Of a DNA stretch of 64,000 bases, positions 48,970-58,081 are shown one piece after another. The position numbers and the translations under genes were made by a program. The stretch is from positions 1 to 64,000 of the forward strand of contig JBFMAF010000031.1 of the NCBI GenBank assembly GCA_040755995.1. The letters are read 5' to 3'. Under the pieces are notes generated by a model that made no database searches, was not told the DNA's origin, and saw only the letters and a program-made list of their open reading frames with translations. Position 1 is the first letter of the stretch; every line of letters starts with the position of its first letter. This stretch comes from Acidobacteriota bacterium (GTDB lineage: Bacteria; Acidobacteriota; CAIWXX01).

Positions 48970-50136
48970 TCATTCGGCCCGATCGAGAGAAGTCCGTTCT
49001 CGGGAAGACACCCAACGCCGCACGGCGTCAATCACGTGCGACTGATCGTCGATCGTAAGCTCGAAGTAGAACGGCAATCTCAGCAGGCGTGCGCTGACAT
49101 CCTCGGTGACGGGACACGTCCCTTCGTGACCCCCGAAACGCCTCCCCATCCCCGACAGATGCAGCGGCAGGTAATGGAAGACGCTGTGGACGCCATCGGC
49201 CCTCAGGTCCGCAATCAGAGAATCGCGATCGGCCTCGGAGCGTAGTAGCATGTAAAACATGTGATAGGGCTGCTCGCAGTGGCCCGGCACCACCGGCAGA
49301 CGGATGCCCGTGTCACCGGCAATCGGCTGCAATGCAGAGTAATACCGCTCCCATATCTCGCGGCGTCTCGCCTGAATTCTGCCGCGCTGTTCGATCTGGG
49401 CCAGCAGAAACGCGGCAAGCATGTCGGACGGCAGGTAGCTGCTGCCGACATCCACCCACGTGTACTTATCCACCTCGCCTCGGAAGAACCTCGACCTGTT
49501 CGTCCCCTTCTCCCTGATGATCTCCGCGCGCTCGACCAGCGACGGGTCATTGATCAGCAAGGCACCCCCTTCGCCGCACGTCAAGTTCTTCGTCTCGTGG
49601 AAGCTGAGTGTCGCCAGTGAACCGAACGCGCCGAGCGGGCGGCCGCGGTACTTGCCGAACAGGCCATGGGCGTTGTCCTCGATCACGGCGATGCTGCGGC
49701 GGCTGGCAATGTCGATGATCGCATCCATCTCGCAGCCGACGCCGGCGTAGTGCACCACCACGACTGCCCGCGTGCGATCGGTCACGAGCCGTTCGAGCCC
49801 GGTCTCGTCGATATTCAGCGTGTCCGGCCTGATATCGGCGAACACCGGCCGCGCACCTCTCATGACGAACGCATTCACTGTCGAGACGAATGTGAACGAC
49901 GGAACGATGACTTCATCGCCCGTTTTGATGTCCAGCAGGATAGCCGCCATCTCGAGAGCATGCGTGCAAGAGGTCGTCAGCAGCGCTTTGCGCACGCCGA
50001 GCGTCTCCTCGAGCATCTTGTGGCAGCGCCTGGTGAACGGGCCGTCGCCCGAGATGTGCCCATTCTTGATGGCTTCAGCCACGTATCGCAACTCTTCTCC
50101 GACCACGGCTGCTCTGTTGAAGGGTATCCCGTGCAT
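48970..50136 (-). CDS. wecE: dTDP-4-amino-4,6-dideoxygalactose transaminase
   Basis: IPFN, GDGPFT, SCTHALEMAA, SFHETKN, EKGTNRS.FFRG.VDKYTW. Confidence 0.9.
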   Translation of the reverse strand: MHGIPFNRAAVVGEELRYVAEAIKNGHISGDGPFTRRCHKMLEETLGVRKALLTTSCTHALEMAAILLDIKTGDEVIVPSFTFVSTVNAFVMRGARPVFADIRPDTLNIDETGLERLVTDRTRAVVVVHYAGVGCEMDAIIDIASRRSIAVIEDNAHGLFGKYRGRPLGAFGSLATLSFHETKNLTCGEGGALLINDPSLVERAEIIREKGTNRSRFFRGEVDKYTWVDVGSSYLPSDMLAAFLLAQIEQRGRIQARRREIWERYYSALQPIAGDTGIRLPVVPGHCEQPYHMFYMLLRSEADRDSLIADLRADGVHSVFHYLPLHLSGMGRRFGGHEGTCPVTEDVSARLLRLPFYFELTIDDQSHVIDAVRRWVSSRERTSLDRAE

Positions 50137-50178
50137 GGCCGTCAGAGCATACCCGCAGTCGAAGCGTGCGACAAGTGC

Positions 50179-50912
50179 TTATGCGTGCTTGCGCGCGACC
50201 GCCAGCAGCGAGGTGCCCCGTCCGAACGATAGCAACCCGATCGACCGCCATTCGGCCGCCAGCACCGTCTTCAGGATCCGGTTGGCCAGTGGGCCGACTG
50301 AGAACTCCGCAGCAGTGTCCGCCACGCGGCGGTTCCGGCGAAGGCGTGCGCTCAGGTAGGCGAGCGGCCAGAGCGTCCTGAAGAGCGGCACCATCAGCTC
50401 GATCTCCAGCGCTGCTGCTCGAAGAAGGCTCCGGAGCGTCTTCGGCCTGTAACGGCGATAGTGCCCCGCGTATACGTCCAGATGGCTCCACAATGAAGGC
50501 CATGCCGGTACAGTGAGAGCCAGCAGCCCCCCCGCGACTAGAGTGGCAGCACATTCACGAACGAACTTCATGTCATCTTCGACGTGTTCGATCACATCGA
50601 ACGCTCCGACCAGCGAGAAGGTCGACTTGAAGGGCATCGGGATGCCCGTTGTCACTACCACGCTCGCGATACCAGTCAGCGCACGCGCCGACAGCACCTC
50701 GCGAATGCTCGCGTCGGCGCCCACCTTGTATCGGCCCGGCAGGACAGGCAGCAGATATCCGTCCCCACACCCGATCTCGAGGGTGCGGCCCTCGCTCTGA
50801 GGCATCAGGCGATGGAGGACTTCTTGCAGCGCGCGCTTCCGCGTCTCGAACCAGAAATGACCTTCACGAATGGCGCGGAACGCGGCGTGAGCATCCTCGG
50901 GGAATTGCCCAC
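50179..50912 (-). CDS. class I SAM-dependent methyltransferase (start unresolved)
   Basis: HFWF..R, LEIGCGDG, FDVIEHVEDD, TVPA...LWS..D...GHYRRY. Confidence 0.8.
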
Positions 50913-50944
50913 CTTCTCCGGAGCGGGGTGCCGGCGCCTCGCCC

Positions 50945-51766
50945 CTACGGCCAGAAATGATAGTAGTACTCCTGCTTCTCGATCGAAAATCCGCACTTCG
51001 CGTAGAGGCGATTCGCCCCTGCATTCGAGCCCTGTGTCACCACCTGTACTCGTTCGAGATTGTTCCGGGCAAACCAGCGCAGCGCCGCACGCACCAAGGC
51101 CTCGCCGAGCTTCCTCCCGCGCCACTCCCGGTCTACCGCGACCAGCCCGATGTCCCCTCGCGAACCCTTCCGTCCGACCGTGATCATGCCGGTGATTGCA
51201 CCGCCGCTTGCCGCAACGAGGACGTCGTCTGCGAGGGTCTTGTCCACCGATTTCTTGATCCAGATGGTGTACAGCTCCTCAAACTTGTTTCTCGGTATGA
51301 GCGGGTCGACGGCAAAGCGCGAGTGCTCGCCGGCCTGAATCGCCAGTGAGATCAGGTCGGGGCTCGCAGCATCGATTCCGTACGATCGGATCCCGAACGT
51401 TGCGCCCGCCTCAGTGATCACATCACGGCTCAGGTCGATCGCGTAGGTGGTCTTCACGTCCACAAGCCGTCCGTTGTGGCTCTGCAGAACCGGATCACGT
51501 TGCTCGATTGCCGAGGAAGTGGGCCAGTAGATCAGCTTTGCACCCGTCTGCGCGAGCGCGCGGAGGATTCGGGAGAGGGGCCGATGGCTCAACACGGGAC
51601 AGGTGATCCGCGCCACTGGAAACCCAAAGAACTCGGAGTCCCATTTCAGGATCTCGCAATCCTGCCAGCCGGCGCCATCGGTCGGGCAGACGCTCATCTG
51701 CGCCCCATCGCCGCCCTTGTTGCCGGCCGGTGCGGAGGGTACGTCATCGACGGGACGGCTCATCAA
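50945..51766 (-). CDS. wecD: GNAT acetyltransferase, dTDP-fucosamine acetyltransferase-like
   Basis: LKWDSEFFG, SRF..D, LY..WI, IGLVAV...RGR.LG, TQ.SN..A.RLY. Confidence 0.8.
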   Translation of the reverse strand: MMSRPVDDVPSAPAGNKGGDGAQMSVCPTDGAGWQDCEILKWDSEFFGFPVARITCPVLSHRPLSRILRALAQTGAKLIYWPTSSAIEQRDPVLQSHNGRLVDVKTTYAIDLSRDVITEAGATFGIRSYGIDAASPDLISLAIQAGEHSRFAVDPLIPRNKFEELYTIWIKKSVDKTLADDVLVAASGGAITGMITVGRKGSRGDIGLVAVDREWRGRKLGEALVRAALRWFARNNLERVQVVTQGSNAGANRLYAKCGFSIEKQEYYYHFWP

Positions 51767-52722
51767 CGTGTGACGGGGTCACGATCGACCGTGTGGTCCG
51801 GTGTTTCAGCACCGATCACATACGGCGGCCGCTGCATGCTGCGGAAGTGCACGCGCGCGAGGTACTCGCCGATAATGCCCAGCGCGAACAGCTGGGCGCC
51901 GGAGAACAGGGCGATGATGGACGCGAGAAACGCGAATCCCGGCACCGCGGCGCCTTGGATTAGATAACGGCCAAGGACATATGCAAGCACGAAGCCGCCG
52001 AATATGGTGAATGCGAACCCGACGAGGCTGGCAATCTGCAGCGGTCTGGTGCTGAATCCGGTAACCATGTTGAGCGTGTGCCGGATGAGCATCCGCAGCG
52101 TGTAGTTGGACCGGCCGACCCTCCTGGGCTCGCGGTGCACCCTCGCCGACGAGAACTTCGTCGTTCCCCACGTAAGAAGCACGTCCATGTTGACGAATGC
52201 GCCGTGGTAGTCGGCGAATGCGTCTCGGACGCAGGTCCGGAACGCACGAAAGGCCCCGACGTCCCGGGCAGTCGCGACCCCCATCGTGCTCTTCAGCGCG
52301 GCCTTCGTCACCACAGACGCGAGGTCCCGCCAGAGACCATGCCGTTCCTTCTCCGGAACGCCGTACACGACGTCCTGCCCCTCGCCGAGCCTCTCGATCA
52401 GCCCCCGAATCTCCGACGGGGGATGTTGTAGATCGTCATCCATCGTTACCGTGATCTCGTAGCTCGCCTTTCGAATGCCGCACAGCAAGGCACTGTGCTG
52501 GCCGGCGTTCTTCGCGAGTCGGACGCCTCGAACCCACGCGTGTCGCGACGCCAAATCCTGGATGGCCGCCCAGCTTCCGTCGGCACTCCCGTCATCCACC
52601 AGTATCGCTTCGTACGCTGAGCTGACCGTGGGCAGCACCTCTCCGAGCTGGCGAACGAGCTCCCCGATCGTGGCCTCGCCGTTGTAGACGGGGATGACCA
52701 CGGAGATCCTATTCTTCATCAT
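51763..52722 (-). CDS. GT2 polyprenyl-phosphate glycosyltransferase (ArnC/GtrB-like)
   Basis: SVVIPVYN, VDDGS.D, MDDDLQHPP, two C-terminal TM helices, GIIGEYL. Confidence 0.92.
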   Translation of the reverse strand: MMKNRISVVIPVYNGEATIGELVRQLGEVLPTVSSAYEAILVDDGSADGSWAAIQDLASRHAWVRGVRLAKNAGQHSALLCGIRKASYEITVTMDDDLQHPPSEIRGLIERLGEGQDVVYGVPEKERHGLWRDLASVVTKAALKSTMGVATARDVGAFRAFRTCVRDAFADYHGAFVNMDVLLTWGTTKFSSARVHREPRRVGRSNYTLRMLIRHTLNMVTGFSTRPLQIASLVGFAFTIFGGFVLAYVLGRYLIQGAAVPGFAFLASIIALFSGAQLFALGIIGEYLARVHFRSMQRPPYVIGAETPDHTVDRDPVTR

Positions 52723-52753
52723 CTATACTCGATCGCAATCTATACTCGATCGC
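52721..52753. repeat. 17-bp tandem duplication at the GT2 start
   Basis: ATCTATACTCGATCGCA ATCTATACTCGATCGC. Confidence 0.75.
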
Positions 52754-52871
52754 TCCGGCCCTCAACGCACCGTACCCGTCCTCCCAGGCTCTATCTACCA
52801 CACTTGGGCGACCCGCGAAAGCACTGCACCACCACCGGCCATCCGGCCCGTTCATGCTAGAATCTCACACC

Positions 52872-54512
52872 ATGGCCAGCGGGAAGGCGGCAGGTTACTT
52901 CGCCCTTTGCGTAGCGGCGAACTCAGCCGCGCTCTGGTTACTGGCCGTGCCGTTCGCGGATATCTGGTTCAGCACCGACGAAGGCCTTTACGCCTACCAG
53001 GCCCAACGGATACTCGACGGACAGGTGATCTACAGGGACTTCTTCCAGGCCATCATGCCAGGCTACTTCTTCATGCTTGCTGGCTGGATGAAGGTCGCCG
53101 GAATGGGAGTGGCATCTTTGAGGGCCTTCATGATCCTGCTGATGCTCGCCACCTCGATCGCCATCTACCTCGCCTCCAGGCGCCTCGGCGTGCCGACTCT
53201 TCTCAGCATTGTGCCGGCTCTCACGTTCAGTGTGCTCAGGAGCCGATACAACTTCGAGCTGAATCACTACGCACCCAATCTCCTCTTCGAGACAGCCACG
53301 CTGAGTCTTGTCTGTTCGCAGGCCTTGCGGCCCGCCCGCTGGAAGCTGGCTCTCGCGGGGACGCTCGTATCCGCTGACGTCCTGACGACGCAGCACGTGG
53401 GCGCCCACCTGCTCATCGGAACTATCTTCAGCGTCGTGTTCCTGTCAGTGGTCACTCGGCAGAACGCCTGGCGTGAGATGCTGTCGTTCATCGAAGGCGC
53501 ACTGCCGCTGCCGATCGCCTACCTTGGTTACGCAGTACACACCGGGTCCCTTGCCGCCATGTTCCGGTGCACTGTTCTCTGGGTCTTCAGCCACTACACG
53601 AGGTTCGACACGCAGGACTACTGGTACTACTGGGTGAGGCTGACATGGCGCCTTTTCACAGAGAACCCAGGCGCCGGAACGGCCCATGATTTCGCGCTGG
53701 GAGTCGTCGAGAGCTTCGCCGCCCCGGCAGCAGTCCTGATCAGCGCCGTCTGGCTTCTGCGGCTGTGGCGGGTATCGGGGACGCTCGACGATTCGCAACG
53801 CGCCTTCGGCGCTGCAGCGTTGATCGCAGCTTCCATGTACGCTTGCATCTACGCCGCTCCCAACAGCATTATCAGCCGCGTTTCCCTCACCGGATATCTG
53901 CTCGCCTACGCGCTGGTGCACCGCGTCTACTCGCAATGGCGCAGGCCTTGCCCGCGATTGGGCCTTCGTGGTGGGCTGGTGCCCGGAGGCGTCGCCGCAC
54001 TCCTCCTGCTGGCAGTTCCGCTTAGAACCGCCAGGGTATTCGGAAACATCCTGCTGCAACACAGCACTATGCAGACGACCACTTACAGAACGGCCCACGG
54101 GCCCATCCGGCTGCCAGTTGAATCCGACACGGGCCAGCTCGATGTGCTCTCATTCCTCGCCAGGAACGCAACGCCAGCGGAATTCGTCTATGCCGCGAAC
54201 TGGTCGCCCTGGGTGTACTACCTCGGCGGCTATCGCAACCCAGGAACCACGGAGTACCTCCTGCCGTACTTCACCACCGATGCCACCGTTCGGGAGACGG
54301 TCAGAATTCTAGACAGCACCCGCACCCGATGGCTGGTCCAGGACAGCATCGTTCGCCGCGGCCTCGAACACAACGACGGAAGGCTGCAGTCGTTGAGCGA
54401 GCTGCTCATGCAGCAATGGCAATTCAACCGGTACCGCGATTCGAGCTACACCGTCGCAGTGGTCTTCGGAGACTACACGATCTACCGGAGAAAGGAGACG
54501 GCGCCCGAGTAG
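52872..54512 (+). CDS. GT-C (ArnT/PMT-like) membrane glycosyltransferase
   Basis: DEG.Y.Y.A.RI.DG...YRDF...PG; many TM helices. Confidence 0.8.
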   Translation: MASGKAAGYFALCVAANSAALWLLAVPFADIWFSTDEGLYAYQAQRILDGQVIYRDFFQAIMPGYFFMLAGWMKVAGMGVASLRAFMILLMLATSIAIYLASRRLGVPTLLSIVPALTFSVLRSRYNFELNHYAPNLLFETATLSLVCSQALRPARWKLALAGTLVSADVLTTQHVGAHLLIGTIFSVVFLSVVTRQNAWREMLSFIEGALPLPIAYLGYAVHTGSLAAMFRCTVLWVFSHYTRFDTQDYWYYWVRLTWRLFTENPGAGTAHDFALGVVESFAAPAAVLISAVWLLRLWRVSGTLDDSQRAFGAAALIAASMYACIYAAPNSIISRVSLTGYLLAYALVHRVYSQWRRPCPRLGLRGGLVPGGVAALLLLAVPLRTARVFGNILLQHSTMQTTTYRTAHGPIRLPVESDTGQLDVLSFLARNATPAEFVYAANWSPWVYYLGGYRNPGTTEYLLPYFTTDATVRETVRILDSTRTRWLVQDSIVRRGLEHNDGRLQSLSELLMQQWQFNRYRDSSYTVAVVFGDYTIYRRKETAPE

Positions 54513-54579
54513 CGATTCAAGAACCGGTACGCACGGCAGCCGCATCGAGATATCGCGGACCAGTTGGTCAGTGGATCTC

Positions 54580-56472
54580 TCATCTCGTCATCCCTTCGTG
54601 CTCCATCTCATCTGACTCCGGATGAGGCGATTCGGACCCACGTACGTTGCGAGTCGTGAGCCGTATAGAGCTCAGCCGGAAGGGATGTACCCTGCCGTCG
54701 GCGTCCGCAGCATGCAGCACAAGTAGATTGGCACTCCTCCATGTCCTCCGCGGCACCCGCACCGTCCGGGGTCTCCAATCTGGGCCGATGCTGAGCGGTG
54801 GCAACGGGCTGCCGTTCAGCGTGACCCGGACAGTCTGCGGGTTCTCTGAACGGGCCTCGAAGGTCAGCTCCGATACGATCAGCGGCACGGGATCCAGGCC
54901 GAACACGACCCTTCCATATCCACCAGGGGCCTCCTTGCTCACACGGTTGACTCCCTCTTCGGCGCGCGACCACGTCATGGTGGCACGGTCCCCCGGCATT
55001 CGCGACACCTCAAGCACTCCCCGGCCGTTGTGCAGCACCAGTGCCGCTCCGGACTCAATAGCGTACTGATCCATCACACTCAAGTCGTTCTCCTCGGCCC
55101 TCCACCACACCAGTGGAATGCGCAGTGCAGGCAGGGTGGAGTACTCTCGCGCGAGCAGAGGCAGATCCATTGCCATCATCCAGGCCAGGCAGACGCAAGC
55201 TATTGCCTTGCCGTGGATCGTCGGCAGTCCATTGCGACGACTCGCGAGCGCCGCGGCGGCGAGTGGGACGACCATGACCGCGTAGGGAATCGCGTATCTC
55301 CTCGCAATCCACATCACGAACCCTGCGGGCACGAGATTGGCGAGTATCCACACGATCGGAAGGCTCTGCTCCCAGCGACGGACGCATCCGACGCCGATTG
55401 CGGCAGCGAAAAGCAGAAACACATATACGATGTCTCCAACGACGGACATCGCCCATCGTACGATTGATGCCTCAGGCGGCCCCACTGGCGGCCACCAGAT
55501 CGCTTTCAAGTTGTGATGTCGGAAGGAAAGGTAGAACCACGAGAACACGTTCGATGGATTGGCAGCAAGGCCTTGAAATCTCTCCTTCAGGATCTTCCCC
55601 AGTGGGAAATCGACCCGTGCGCGTCGAATGTCGAGATACGGCAACGAGACTTCACGTTGCTCGGGCGGCAACTGGTCCCGCACGTATCTTTCCCACTCCG
55701 GGTTAGGCCACAGCACACCATACGCTCCTATGTTGTCGACGCCGAAGAAGCGGTGATAGAGGAGACTGTTGCGAACTACCCAGGGGACAACAGCGCCGAG
55801 AAACCCGATGGCAAAGGCGGCCGCGAGCCACAGCCGGCGTCTTCGAAAAGGGTACAGGAGCCACAGGGCCAGGACTGGGACCGCGTACTGCGGTGCTGAT
55901 CGCACGAGCGCAGCCAGGCCCATCGTGACGCCTGCCACGGTGGAGATGATACTGAGATCTCGCGCCGACGCCCACGCGAGAAGAAGCAGCGCCAGCAGAA
56001 TGAGAAATACGTAGAGGTTCTCTGTCATGATCTGCACCGGGAGGAAATACAGATCCGCCAGGAAGACTGCAAGAAATCCGGCGATACGTCCGGCTGTCTT
56101 GCCGAAAAGGAGTCCAGTGAAAGCGGCGAGCAGGAGTGGCAGAACCGATCCCATCACCGCTTGCAAGATTCGTATCGCTGCGACAGAAGGTCCAGCGAGC
56201 ATCATCCACCCACCGAGGAACGCGAAATACAGAGGTCCGCGGGACCATCCGCCATAGCTGTGCCACCTGTCATCCCAGAACGCGCCGGCCGTCCTCGCGA
56301 ACTGGGCTGCCTGCGCGTAATAGCCGCCGCCGTCGTCGTCCGGATAATGCGGAGGTGCCTCCAACTCCGGGAGGAGGACGGCAAGACGGACGGCGAGCGA
56401 GAACGCGTAGAGGCAGTACCAATAGCGAGCCGATCGGACGTGACGTAGGAAGCGGTGAACCAAGCTGCGCAT
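54580..56472 (-). CDS. GT-C (family 39-type) membrane glycosyltransferase with C-terminal soluble domain
   Basis: DDDGGGY, R.PLY..FL, MTENLY, GLAALVR, PWVVRN. Confidence 0.8.
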   Translation of the reverse strand: MRSLVHRFLRHVRSARYWYCLYAFSLAVRLAVLLPELEAPPHYPDDDGGGYYAQAAQFARTAGAFWDDRWHSYGGWSRGPLYFAFLGGWMMLAGPSVAAIRILQAVMGSVLPLLLAAFTGLLFGKTAGRIAGFLAVFLADLYFLPVQIMTENLYVFLILLALLLLAWASARDLSIISTVAGVTMGLAALVRSAPQYAVPVLALWLLYPFRRRRLWLAAAFAIGFLGAVVPWVVRNSLLYHRFFGVDNIGAYGVLWPNPEWERYVRDQLPPEQREVSLPYLDIRRARVDFPLGKILKERFQGLAANPSNVFSWFYLSFRHHNLKAIWWPPVGPPEASIVRWAMSVVGDIVYVFLLFAAAIGVGCVRRWEQSLPIVWILANLVPAGFVMWIARRYAIPYAVMVVPLAAAALASRRNGLPTIHGKAIACVCLAWMMAMDLPLLAREYSTLPALRIPLVWWRAEENDLSVMDQYAIESGAALVLHNGRGVLEVSRMPGDRATMTWSRAEEGVNRVSKEAPGGYGRVVFGLDPVPLIVSELTFEARSENPQTVRVTLNGSPLPPLSIGPDWRPRTVRVPRRTWRSANLLVLHAADADGRVHPFRLSSIRLTTRNVRGSESPHPESDEMEHEGMTR

Positions 56473-56672
56473 GCGGACGGCAGGATAACCACAGCACCGG
56501 CATGTGTCAATCAGGCCGATGCCGCGGTGCCGCGGCGCGGCTGCCGCCCCCCTGCCGCATTCATGCGTAGGATTCCCTGTCCCTGCTCTCTCTTTCTCTC
56601 CGCCGATTGACCCCGTGCGCGCTCGTGTCGTAGGATGCCGTGCCAGTTCTGAGGGAGTGTGGCAGACACAGC

Positions 56673-58022
56673 ATGGAGAACCGCAGCACAGCAAAGCGCG
56701 TCGCCGTCATCGGCGGCGGAGTCGCCGGGCTCACGGCGGCCTGGAGGCTGCTCGAACGCGGCGCGTCGGTCACCATCTACGAGGCCGAGCCGGTGCTCGG
56801 AGGGCTTGCCAGCAGCTTCCCTCTGGGCGACGGATCTATCGAACGCTACTACCATTTCATCTGCCTGGGAGATCGGCCGTACCGGCAAGCGATGGAACAG
56901 CTGGGCATTCTCCACCGGCTCCGCTGGCGTTACACCAGCATGGGTCAATTCCACGACGGCAGAATCTACTCGTTCGGCCATCCGTGGGATGTGTTCTTCT
57001 TCAGCCCGATGAGATGGAGGGACAAGGTTCGTTTCGGCACAAGCCTGATGTCGGTCAAGCGGCAACCGTGGGCCGCGTGGCGCAAAATCGACGATCGCCG
57101 GGCAGACGAATGGCTCGTGGAGCTTTTCGGGAGCCGGACGTACGAGCTGATCTACAGGCCGCTCATCGAACGCAAGTTCGGACCATACGCGAATGGGCTG
57201 TCCGCTGCGTGGATATGGGCTCGAATCCACCGGCTGGGCAAATCGCGGACACGCTTTCTGCAGCTCGAGAAGCTGGGATACCTCGTCGGAGGCAGCCAGG
57301 CGCTCGTCGACGCGCTTGCAGCGCGTATCGCATCGCACGGCTGCACAGTCCACCTGAAGCAGCATGTGAAACGAATTGTAACCGAGTCTGGAAGTGTTCA
57401 GGCCGTCGCAGGCGCCGATTGGAGCCAGAGCTGCGACGCCGTGCTCTCGACGATCCCAACGCCATACCTCTGTCGCCTTACCGACGGGGCCGACCGCGAA
57501 CGACTCGCCTACCTCGACAACATAGCCTCAATCGGCGTGACCTGTGCCGTACTGAGGCTCACCCGCCGACTCACCCCGTTCTTCTGGCTCAATATCAGCG
57601 ACCCGCGCATCCCGTTGGTGGGCGTCATCGAATATACGAACCTGAACCGGGCCGCGTGCCCTGACGGCGACCACATCGTGTACATCCCGCAGTACACGCC
57701 GTCGGACAGCGAGCATTTCAGGCTCGACGATGAGTCCATCCTGCGGTCCTACACGGCTTATCTCAAGTTGATCGTCCCGCAGTTCGACCAGAGTTGGGTC
57801 CGGGGATCATGGGTTTTCCGCGACCGCTATGCCCAGCCCATCTGCACGGTCGGGTTCTCCCGCCAGGTCGCCGGGATCACGACACCGGTCAGCGGGCTCT
57901 ATCTGACCGACTCACACCAGCTCTACCCGGACGACCGGACGATCAGCAACAGCATCCGCCTCGGCTGGGAGGCCGCCGATCACATCATGCCATCAACCGC
58001 CGAGGCCCGTACTAGCCCATGA
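56673..58022 (+). CDS. FAD-dependent oxidoreductase (amine oxidase/HemY-like, glycosylation-locus type)
   Basis: VAVIGGGVAGLTAA, LGGLA, IERYYH, YPDDR. Confidence 0.85.
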   Translation: MENRSTAKRVAVIGGGVAGLTAAWRLLERGASVTIYEAEPVLGGLASSFPLGDGSIERYYHFICLGDRPYRQAMEQLGILHRLRWRYTSMGQFHDGRIYSFGHPWDVFFFSPMRWRDKVRFGTSLMSVKRQPWAAWRKIDDRRADEWLVELFGSRTYELIYRPLIERKFGPYANGLSAAWIWARIHRLGKSRTRFLQLEKLGYLVGGSQALVDALAARIASHGCTVHLKQHVKRIVTESGSVQAVAGADWSQSCDAVLSTIPTPYLCRLTDGADRERLAYLDNIASIGVTCAVLRLTRRLTPFFWLNISDPRIPLVGVIEYTNLNRAACPDGDHIVYIPQYTPSDSEHFRLDDESILRSYTAYLKLIVPQFDQSWVRGSWVFRDRYAQPICTVGFSRQVAGITTPVSGLYLTDSHQLYPDDRTISNSIRLGWEAADHIMPSTAEARTSP

Positions 58023-58081
58023 CCATCGTCACCCGGTCGGTTGTTGACCTGCCGTACCCCGTCGGCTAGACTCACGGCCCA

